Assembly: GCA_014905635.1 (NCBI GenBank)
Contig: JABVCE010000028.1
Coordinates: 248,001 to 312,000 of the forward strand
DNA length: 64,000 bases
Direction: 5' to 3'
Origin: Scenedesmus sp. PABB004
Lineage: Eukaryota
A model generated the notes under the pieces. It was not told where the DNA came from and did no database searches. It was given only the letters and a program-made list of their open reading frames with translations. Position 1 is the stretch's first letter, and every line of letters begins with the position of its first letter. Position numbers and translations under genes: made by a program. Below, in pieces: positions 54,438 to 64,000 of this stretch.

Positions 54438-54898
54438 CCCTGACGGCTGGCGCATGTTTGACACGACGGCCAGGCTTGGCTGACGCGACTGGCGTGGCAG
54501 AAGAGACGAGGCGGGCGGGGAGGGGAGGAGGTGAAGGGGGCACACAGGGAGGGGGCATAGGCATGTGGCGAGCCTGGGCGGCGCGCACCCGATGATTCCA
54601 CACTGCATCCTCATCGACCGAGCACTGACTAGACGGCTGGCTGTTTAGCAAGTTGCGATCAGTGTTGAGTGACGGCGCGCGCACTTGCTGGCGGGCCCGG
54701 CGCGCCGCCACAAACGTGCACAAGCAGGCCCACGCCCTGCCGGCGCACGCGGCTGCGCCGCCGCTGTGCTCCCGCTTCATCCCGCGGTGATCAGGGCGCC
54801 GCTTGCATCCAGGTCAGACCAGGTAACACGGCCGTGTGTGCAGCCTGCGTGCTGCGCGCTCAGCAGCGCCCGCCCGACAGCTCGCGCCCCAGCGGGCG

Positions 54899-56723
54899 TC
54901 ACGCGGCGGGGCCGCGCCGCAGCGCCTGCAGCCGCGCCGCGCCCTGCCCGGCCCCGCGCGCAGGCGCAGCCGCCTCGCTGCCGAGCGTCACCGCCGCGGC
55001 CTCCCAGTCACGCACATAGGCAGCATAGTCGAGGCGCTCGCTCCACGCAAGCAGCTCGGGGTCCAGGCCGAGCCCCCCGAGCTCCTCCAGCGCCCAGCCC
55101 GCACCCCCGCCCGCGCCGCCCCCGTCGCCGCCGCAGCCAGCTGCAGCCCCCGTCGCGTCGGCGCCGCCGCCGCTGCCGCACCGCGCCAGCTGCCGCTCCA
55201 GCTCCTGCTCCAGCTCCCGCAGCAGCGCCTCGTCGCCGCCCTGGCCGCCGCCGTCGCCGCCGGCGCGCGCGGAGCTGCAGCCTGCGCCCCGCTCGCCGCC
55301 GCCGGGGCTGCCGCCGCCGGGGCTGCCGCCCGGCGCTGCCGGCGCGGCGCCGTCAGCCATGCCGGCGCGGTACATTCGCAGCAGCCACTGCCGCCGCCGC
55401 TGCTTGAGCCGCCGCGCGCGCTCCTGCCTGCGGGCGTGTGCGCGCGGGTGCCGAATACGAATCTGCGCCCGCGCGCACAGCGCGCGCACGCGTGCTGTGA
55501 GCAGCCCCCCCCCCCTCCGCTCACCTCCGAACCAGCGGGCTGTGGTGGGTGACCTGGCGGCTGCTGCTGATGCTGCTGATGCTGCAGGGGCCCGCCGGCC
55601 GCTCGCTGCGGTCGCCGCCGCCGCCGCCGGCGCCGCCGGCCAGCCGCAGCCGCGGCCCGCACAGCCGCGGCCGCCGCCGGCGCTGCGCGCTGCCGCTGCG
55701 GCAGCCGGCGCCCCCCGGCTGGGTCTGCGGGCCCAGCAGCAGGCGCTCCGCCACCGGCCGCCAGCCGTTCCTGTCCTCGCGCCGGTACCAGCCGCCCGTG
55801 CCTCGCTGCCGCGCCTGCTCCGCCCGGCCCTGCCTCGCCGCCGCTGCCACGTCCGCCGGCGCTGCTGCGGCAGCCGCAGCAGCCTCCGCCGCGTAGTTGC
55901 GCGGCCCGAACGCGCATATGTCTGCGGCGCCAGGCGGGTGGCGCGGTGGGCACGTCAGAGCACTAGAGCCCGCCTGCTGCGCGCGCGCGCTGGCGGCCGA
56001 GGGATGCCGCGCGGCGCACCGGCGACGGGGCGGTGCGTGCTGATCTTGTACAGCAGCGCCGGCGGCCACGCCGCAACGCCGGCGCGGCCGAGGCGCAGAC
56101 GCACGTGCAGGCCGGCGGCGGGGTCCAGCAGCGCCGCCTCGCGCGGGTTGACGCGGCGCAGCAGCGCGCGCGGGTCGGCCGCCTCCTGGGCGCGCAGCAG
56201 GCCGCAGAGGCGCCTGCGCGGGCTGGCGTCACACGGCGGCGAGCGCCGAGCGGGCAGGGGCGCGGCCGCGCTGCGGCGCCACGCGCGGCGCGGGCGGGCG
56301 CGCCTGAACTCGCGGCGCCCCGTGAAGCCGCGCCACGCCGCCTGGATGGCGGCCGCGGCCGCCGCGCGGCGCGCGCGCTCGGCCGCGGCCGACGCCGCAG
56401 ACGCCGCGGCCGCCGTGGCCGCCGCCGCCTGCGCGGCCGGCGCCGGGCGCGTGCGCGCCGTCGAGGACGGCGGCGGCAGCCATGTCGCACAGCGCGCTGG
56501 GCGCGGCCCCGCGCGGTCCTCCCGGCGCCGCCGCGAGACCACGCACCTGGGCCCTTGCGCGCGCGCGCACCACCCAGCCGCGCCAGAAGCGCTGCACGGT
56601 GGTCGCAGCGAAGGCCCGGTAGTCCTCGAGCGCCGCGAGCTCGCGCGCGTAGTCGGGGCCGGCCGCCGCTGCTGCGCCGCCGCCGGCGTTGCGGGGGCCG
56701 CCCGGCGCCGCCGCCGCGGCCAT
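54899..56723 (-). CDS. IQ-motif protein, C11orf65/MFI-like
   Basis: IQ motifs AATTVQRFWRGW and AIQAAWRGF; LLRRVNPREAALLD..AGLHVRLRLG, YKISTHRPV|ADICAFGPRNY, GWYRREDRNGWRPV and WSERLDYAAYVRDW. Family assignment is from memory. Confidence 0.72.
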
Positions 56724-57175
56724 GGCGCGCGGGCGCGCGGCCCGGGGCGCCGCCGCAGCGGCGGCGGCCACGGGCCGCAGGCGCGAGCAGCGGCGCCGAG
56801 CGCAGCGCCACGGCGCAGCGGTGGGGGCGTGCCAGCAAGCGTGTGCGTGGCCCGGGGTTGGGGAAGAGCTGCCCGTCCAAGCGTGGCAGCAGGTAGGCGG
56901 CTGAGCGCGGCGCGGCCGCAGCGTTTCGGGGCTTGCGGCGCCCGCGCTGCGCCCGCCGCACGAGCGGACGCCACTGTCGCCACAACCCTTCACGAAGCAC
57001 CCCGTGCGGCGAGCCAGCGCGGCCGCATCGCGCGGGACGGCTGGCTCCGCTCAAGTCAGCGGCGCGCGCTCCGGCTGTCTCGCTGCGGCCGTCTCGCTGC
57101 GGGCGCACGCGCCGCAGCTCGCCGGCAGCACGCGCCCCCAAGCTGCCTCCTTACAGGCTTGATGCGGGGGCCGCC

Positions 57176-59913
57176 ATGTTCAAGGCGCGCGACGCCGGCG
57201 GCAGTGCCGCCGCTGCTGTCGCGGCGCCGCCCGGGCAGGCCGCTCACGAGTGCACGCGCCCGCGCGGCCGCAGATCTCGGTGCTGCACGCCGCCGGCGCC
57301 GCGTCGGCGCCCGGCGCGGCGAGCAGCCTGGAGCCGCGCCGCTGGGCGGCCCAGGCGGCGGGCGCGCTGAGCGGCGGCGTGCGCACGCCGCCAGAGGCGG
57401 CGCGCTTCAAGAGCCTCGTGCTGTGCGCACAGGTCAAGCTGGCCGAGGCGCTCGACGCGGCGGCGACGGTGGAGCCGCTCGCGCTCGACGAGGACGGCGC
57501 GCCCCTGCCCAACGCGCTGCGCACCGCCGTGTGCTGCCAGGTCGGCCGCCAGTCCCTTCGCCGCAGCCCGCGCACGCGCGCAGAGCGCCGACGCCGCCGC
57601 CCGCCTGGGTTGTGCGCAGCTGCTCGGCGAGCTGGGAGAGCTCTGCGGCCCGTTTGCGGCGACGCTGGCGCAGCTGCGGGATGAGCTGCTGCCGGCGATT
57701 TACAGCGGTTACGCCGCCGCGCAGGCGAGCGGGGCTGCTGAGCGCCCAGCCCGCTGGCGGCCCCGCGCGGCGCCGCCCGCCCCGGCCGCCCACGTCCCGC
57801 GCGCGCGCAGGCGCAGCCGGCGGGCGCGCAGCCGCCGCTGGCGTTCGACCAGCTGCCCTGGTTTGCGGTCGCGGGCCGGCTGCGCGCCGACAACGCGCGC
57901 CTGCTGGAGCAGCAGGCGACGACCGAGGCAGAGCTCGCGCGGCACCAGGTGACCGAACGGCACATGTGCGCTGTACAGCGCAGCACGGCGCGCCGCCGGC
58001 CCCTGCGCAGCTGCGCGTGGCCAATAGCATCGGCGGACGCAGCAGCTGGGCCGCGAGCGGCTCACGGCGCTGCGGCGCGCCGCCTGCCTGGCCAGGCCGC
58101 GATGGCGACGGTGGAGCAGCAGCTCCTGGGCTTCAAGGCTGCCCTGGACGGCGGCGAGGCCGCGGCGTCGGCGCTGACCGCGGCAGACGAGCAGCTCGCT
58201 GCCGCGCGCGACGCGGCCTCCGCTGAGGCTGCGGCCGCGTGCGAGGAGGCGCGGCGGCTGGCCTCCATCAACGCGCAGCTGCGCGAGGAGCTGGCAGAGG
58301 CGCGGGAGCGGCTCTCCAGCGCAGAGGTGCGGCTGCAGCGGCGGCGGTCGGCTGACCGGGTCAGCCGCTGCTCGGAGCCTGCGACAGGGCTGCAGCAGCT
58401 GTCGCCCGGGCCCGGCAGCCGCGGGGCAGCGCGGCCGACGGGGTACATGCCAAGCCGCTGGCGCCCGCGCAGGACCTTGCGGCAGAGGAGCAGGAGGCGT
58501 GGGCGCGGCAGAGGGCGGCGCTGAAGACGCAGCTTCACGCGGAGCAGGTGGAGCGCGAGGCGGCGCTGGCGCAGGCGGCGGAGCGCCTCACGCCGGCGGA
58601 GGGCGCGGAGCTGGAGGCGCGCTGCGCCCAGGTGCGGCCACGCGGGGCGCTTGGCGGCCGGCCCGGCGGGCACCGGGCGCCGTGCCGACGGTGCGCTTGC
58701 GCGCGCCCCGCCCCGCGCCGCGCATGCGCCTGCGCAGGCGGAGGCCAGGCTGGAGGCGGCCGAGCAGCGCGCGGCCGCGCTCGCCGCGGCCAACGCGAGC
58801 GCGGCGCGCGCAGCGGCTGCGCTCACGCCGCGGCCCGACTGGGGCGACGCGCAGGCGCTGGCAGACGAGTGCAAGGTAGGGCGGCGGGGGCGCGGTGCGC
58901 GGGGCGGGCAAGTTGGCAGGCGCGCGCGCGGCGCCGGCGGGCTGACGCCGCCGCCGCTCCGCCCGCAGGGGACAGCGGAGGCGCTTCGGCGGCTGCAGGC
59001 GCAGCACGCCGCCGCGCTCGCGGCGCAGGCGCGGCACGCGCGGCTGCTCGCCGCGCTCGCCGCGCCGGAGCCGGCGCCGGCGCCCTGGCGGCTCAGCCTG
59101 CGCACCGAGGCTGTGGCCTTCTTCGTCACCGAGGGCGCGGGGCTCGACCCGCCCCAGCAGCCCGGCGCTGGCGCGGAGCGCGCGCAGCCGGCTCTCTTCG
59201 CGGAGGGCCTCGGGCTCGGCCCCGACGTCCCGGCCTTTCTGCGCTGGGAGGGGCCGGTCCCGCTGCGCGAGCTCGGGCTGGCGGAGGCGCGGTCGGCGGT
59301 CGCGGCGGTCTGGCGCGGCCTCGCGGCCGCGGCGGCGCGCGGGCGCGGCCCCTGCGGGCTCGCGGCGTTCCTGCGCCACCACTTTGCGGCAGCGGCAGCG
59401 GCGGCGGCCGCGCGCGCCAGCGCCAGCGCCGCGCCCGCCGGCGGCGCTGGCGGCGCGCCAAGCGCGCCCGCCTCGGCGGCGGCGGCGGCGGCGGCCGAGC
59501 GCGCCGTGGCGGAGATGGCGGACGCGGCGGCGGCCGGATACTCCCTCTACCACGCGCTCTGCCAGCACCGAAGTGCGAGCGCGTCGGTGGACGCGCTGTG
59601 GCGCGCGCTCGCCGGGCAGCTGCCGGCGGCGGCGCTCGGCCAGCGGCAGGAGGTGGCTGACCTGCTGCGCAGCCTCGGCGCGGCGGCGGCGGCGGCGGGC
59701 GGGCAGGGCGAGCAGGACGGCGGCGATTGGCCGGCGGCGCAGGACGGGGCCGCCGCGGCCGCGTCCGTGGTTGCGGTGGAGTGCTTACTGCACCAGCACC
59801 TGGCCGCGGCGGGGCGCGCGAGCGCAGACGGCGGCGGCCTGCTGTGGCCTGCGCCGCCTGCGACCCGGCGCGCGTCGCGCGCGGCCAGCCGATATGGCGC
59901 CCTAGCGGTTTAA
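57176..59913 (+). CDS. Coiled-coil protein, TSNAXIP1 (translin-associated factor X interacting)-like
   Basis: First exon MFK with a GC donor; coiled coil; LTPRPDW; EGLGLGPDVPAFLRWEG; TAA at 59911-59913. Family assignment is from memory. Confidence 0.6.
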
Positions 59914-60154
59914 AGGTCGAGCTCTGGCGCTGTCGTGCTCGATCCCCAAGGGCAGCACAGCACAGCCTGCAGTGCCACACACCCCGCCGCTCTCCGCGCG
60001 CACACAAGAGGCGAGTTTGGCCGCGCCCGCGTTCGACCGCCGCCGCGGCGCTGCCGGCCCGGCGCCGCCGCTCTGCCCAGGCCCCGCTCCCACCGACCTG
60101 GAACGCGCTCCCTGAATCAAAAACCGGCGCGCCGGCGCCCCTCAGCGGCGCCCC

Positions 60155-61931
60155 ATGGCGGCGGCGGACGGCGCCGTCGCGTTTGCGCCCGCAGCGCCGC
60201 CGGCGCTGCCTGGCGCCGCCCCCGCGGATCAGTGAGCGCCGCGCGCTGTTCGCAGGCGGAGGCCTCGCGCACGCCAGCAGCGGCGCTGTGCGGCGCGCCG
60301 CGCAGGCGGCAGCGCCGCCGCTGCTGCTCACGCGCCCGCCCGCATGCGCAGGGTCCCCGGCAGCGAGCTGCCGGCGCATCCCGGTGATGTGCAGCGAGGG
60401 TCGGCGGGCCTGGAGCAGCTGCAGGTGCGGCGGCTGCGGTGCCGCGCCGCTTCGTCCGGGGCGGCCGCGGCAGCTCACACCGCCCTCCACCGCACGCGCA
60501 GGCCAGCCTGAGGGCGGTCGTGGCGCAGCTCAACCTGGCGCCCGCCATCTGCCGGCGCGGCGAGTTTGTGCAGCAGGTGCGCCGCCGAGCCGGCGCGCCG
60601 CCGCCCGCCTCGCCGGGCCGCACCGCTCAGGCCCCTCGCGCCGCCGGCGCGGCTGGCGCAGAGCGTGCGCGGCGTGGCGGACTGGAGCAACGTCAAGCGC
60701 CCGCGCACGGGCGGCAGGGCAGCCGCGGCGAACGCGCGGCACGACCGCGGCGGCTCGCCCGGCGACGGCGCCGCCGCGCGCTCCAAGGCGAAGCACGCCA
60801 AGGCGAGCGGCGGCGGGCGCACCTACACGAGCCGCTTCCGCGGCGTGCACCAGACCTTCCCCACGCGCCGCTGGGAGGCGCAGTTCCGCCGCAACGGCAA
60901 GCCCACGAGCCTGGGTTGCTTCGACAAGGCGCGCCGCCGGGCCGCCGCCGCCGCCGCTGCCGGCACCGCCCGGGCCCGCGCGCGCCGCCGCCGACAGCCG
61001 CGGCCGCGCCGCCGCCGCCGCGCAGGAGGAGGAGGCGGCGCGCGCGTACGACAAGATGATGCTCTGGTGCGAGCTGCACCAGGCGGGCGGCGCGCGGGGC
61101 GTGACCAACTTTGAGCACGCAGAGTACGAGGCGGAGCTGGCGCTGCTGCGCGACGTCAGCCAGGACGACCTCATCGAGACGCTGCGCCTCGAGGGCCGCC
61201 GCCAGGCCATGGCGCGCAGCGGCGCGCCGGGCGGCAGCGTCGCCGGCGGCAAGCGCGCGCGCGGCAGCAGCGCGGGCCCCGGCGGCGGCGGCGGCGGCGC
61301 CGGCGGCGGCGGCAGCGACATGAGCGCAGCGCTGGCGGGCCTCGCGGGCCTCCACGGCGGCCCCGCGAGCTTTGCGGCCGCTTTTGACGCGGTCGCGGCG
61401 GCGGCGGCGCTGCCGGGGGCCGCCGCGGACGGCGCGCAGGGGCTGGGCGCGGCGGCGGCCGCGGCCGCGATGCAGAGCGCCATGGCCGAGGCGCTGGCCG
61501 CGATGGCGGCGCTGCAGCAGTCTGCGAGCGAGGCCGCAGCGGCGGGGCTGCAGCCGAGCACGGAGGAGCTGGCCGTGGCGCTCCAGCTGGGGCACGCCGC
61601 GGGGAGCGCGCTGTTGCCCGCGCTGACCGAGGCGCAGGACGGCGCGGCGGCGGCGGCGGTCCCGGGCGGCGCCCGCGACGCGGCGGGGGCGCCGCCGCCC
61701 GGCGGGGACGACCCCGCCGCCGCGGCGGCGGCGCCGCGCGAGCTACCGGCCGCGGTGGCGGGCAGCAGCAACTGCCTCGAGGCGGCCGCGGCCGGCGAGC
61801 AGCGCGCGGCCACGCCCGCGCCGGCGGCCGCGGCGGCGCTCGCCGGCACAGACGCGGGCGGTGCGGTGGCGGCGGCGGCGGCCTCCTTCGGCGGCGGCGG
61901 GAGCAGCGGCGGCGGATCGCCCGGGGCTTGA
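60155..61931 (+). CDS. AP2-domain transcription factor
   Basis: SRFRGVHQTFPTRRWEAQFRRNGKPTSLGCFDK|EEEAARAYDK...TNF. Five exons join in frame from the ATG at 60155. Confidence 0.85.
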
Positions 61932-62190
61932 GCAGTTGCAAATGGTGCCGTGGTTCGCGCGCAGCGGCTGCGCTCTGTGCAGGCTCGACAAGCTGGAACA
62001 GTGCCTCATGAGTGTGGCTGTCTTCGGCTGTGCAGGCAACAACGCACCTAGTTGAAGTGGCAGTTCACGCAACGGCAACGGCAACGACCGCACCCTGCGC
62101 CTGCACTCCCGCAATTTCAACCGCAAGCGCCGCCGCCGCCGGCGGCGGCGGGCCCGCACGCAAGCTCCGATCGATCGACCGCCGCGGCGC

Positions 62191-64000
62191 TCACGCGCCG
62201 CAGGCGGCGTTCCAGAACGCGCGGCCCCCGGCGTCGCGCCGCGCCGCCGCGTGCGCGCGCGCCGCCGCGTCGGTCAGCGTCTCGCGGTCGGGGCGGTCCA
62301 GGTACGTGCGGCCCAGGAAGTCGGCCAGCGCGTACACGTCCTCAAACGTGCTGAGCGCGCCCAGCGACGCGCGCACGCTGCCCGTCGGCAGCTCCACTGG
62401 CGCGAGCGCGCCGCCGGGGCCCGTCGCGCGCAGCACGGTGATGAAGCCCAGCGCGCTCACGTTGTGGCTGAGCGTCGCGGCGCGCTCCTGCAAACGCACG
62501 GCGGCGGCGGCGCGCCGCCGCGTCGGGCAGGCGCGGCGCGGCGCGGCGGCGGCGGCCGCTGCAGCCGCCGGCGGCGGCGCGCCGGCCCCCGTGGCCGGCC
62601 CGCCGCCGCGGGGCGTCGCCCGGGGCGGCAGCGCGCGCGCGCGGGCGCCGGCGGCACGCGGCGCGCACCTCTGCGGGCTTGATGCCGATCGCGCCGTAGC
62701 ACGCGCCTGGGTTGCAGTGGCACCCGGTGCGCAGGTGGAGGCCCGCGTCGGCGGCGGCGGCCTCAACGGCGAGGAAGGGGACCACTGAGCCGTTGGGCGA
62801 GTGGACCAAAAACTCAAACGTCGCGCTCTGGCGCTCCGGCGTAGCGTGCGCGCCGAAGATGGTCAGTAGCGGCTGTCCCCCGCGGTGGACGAGGCGGGAG
62901 AGCGCGCCGTAGGTCCAGGCCTGCAGCGCGCGCACGTGGCGGTGCACCGCCTGCGCGGCGCGGTCGACCGCGCGCGGGCGGGCGGGCGGGCGGGCGGGCG
63001 GGCGGGCGAGCGGGCGGGCGGGCGGGCGGGCGCGTCGGCGGCGCCGTCGTGGCGGCGCCGTCGTGGCGGCGCCGCCGCCGGGGTGGCCGCCGCGCGGCGC
63101 TGCTGGGCGCGGCGGCGGCGGGCGCGCGCACGTCCATGCCGCCGAGCGTGTCGATGAGGTCGAAGCCAAACTGCAGCTGCGCGATTCCCTGGAAGTGGAT
63201 CGTGCCGTCCTGCAGCGCCGCGGGGAAGGGGGAGAGCACGCGCCACACGTCCTGCGCCGTCGCGTCGTCTACGGCGCCGCCGCCGAAGTAGACCTTGTGC
63301 AGCAGCGCCGCCGACGAGCGGCGCACGACGAGCGCGCCGAGGCCTGGCCGCGCGGCGCGGGCGGCGCGGCGCGGCCGGGCGTGCGGCGGTCGGCGCGGCG
63401 CGGCGCGGCGCGGCGCGGGGCCCCGCCCTCCATCGGGCCGCCGGCGCCCCGCCCTATGAAGGAGGCCTCCTGCATCAGGGGCTCCGCCGCGGGGCTCTCA
63501 CCGGTGGGGAAGCCCATGACTTTGTAAAAGGACAGCGCCACAAAGTCGGCGGGCACCACGCTGAGGTCGAGGCGGTGCGTCGGCGCAAAGGCGGCGGCGT
63601 CGAGCAGCACCAGCCAGCGGTGCGCGGGCGTCGACTTGGCGTGCACCTGCGGCGCGGGCGGCGGCGAGTCGCGGCGCGCGGCGCGCCGCGGGCGCCGGTC
63701 GCCGCGGCCGCGGCGCGCGCCGCGGCGGCTGGCGCGGCGGCGGCTGGCGCGGCGCGGCGCGGCGCACCTGGCGCACCCACTCCAGCGGGAAGAGCACGCC
63801 CGCGTAGTTGTCCTTGGCCGGGTAGGCCACGAGGCTGAAGCGCGCCGGCGCCTCCTCGCCGACGCCGCCGGCCGGGCGCGCAGGCGCGCCGCGCGGCGGC
63901 GGCGGCTCCGCCAGCCACGCCGCCATCGCGGGCTCGTCGACGCAGTGCAGCGCCGCGCCGCGGTCCTTGGCGTACGCGCCGACGCCGAGGACGCTCTTGT
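62191..64000 (-). CDS. Molybdenum cofactor sulfurase-like PLP enzyme (NifS-like domain), 5' end outside window
   Basis: VLLDAAAF...LDLS...ADFVALSFYKVMGFPT|GLGALVVR, YFGGG, DGTIHF, LRTGCHCNPGAC and GSVRASLG; stop at 62191. Confidence 0.85.

Larger units (their letters stand above)
50109..56312. repeat. Tandem direct duplication of about 3.1 kb (50109-53210 and 53212-56312)
   Basis: The copies are identical by eye except for one C in a poly-C run. Junction ...gaactcg-g-gcgcgccgccgacc at 53201-53225. Confidence 0.93.

Overview
This is eukaryotic nuclear DNA with extreme GC content (roughly 80% by eye) and dense short spliceosomal introns. It is most consistent with a chlorophyte green alga, probably Sphaeropleales; that assignment is inference. 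Most entries in the ORF track are GC-bias artefacts, so I rebuilt the genes by hand from splice sites. In order: FtsH/AFG3-type m-AAA protease (-, partial), dUTPase, secreted GH79 hydrolase, secreted LPMO-hevein-GH18-hevein fusion, CWF19L1-like protein, MYND-finger protein, ACBP-ankyrin protein, xanthine dehydrogenase (about 29 introns), a Cys-rich-GH18-hevein-GH19 dual chitinase, a divergent enolase, a hypothetical protein, a CBM14-hevein-GH18-hevein-GH19 dual chitinase, a membrane protein with W-G-W-E-x3-C repeats, an IQ/C11orf65-like gene, a TSNAXIP1-like gene, an AP2 transcription factor and a Moco-sulfurase-like gene (partial). A 3.1-kb tandem duplication spans the 3' ends of two of these genes. 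Three things stand out. (1) A family of three modular chitin-attack enzymes shares one near-identical GH18 cassette, introns included, with different N- and C-terminal modules. (2) GC-AG introns are very frequent in the housekeeping genes. (3) An XDH intron holds a 168-nt near-perfect hairpin next to telomere-like repeats. Exon-level coordinates and counts are manual and approximate.
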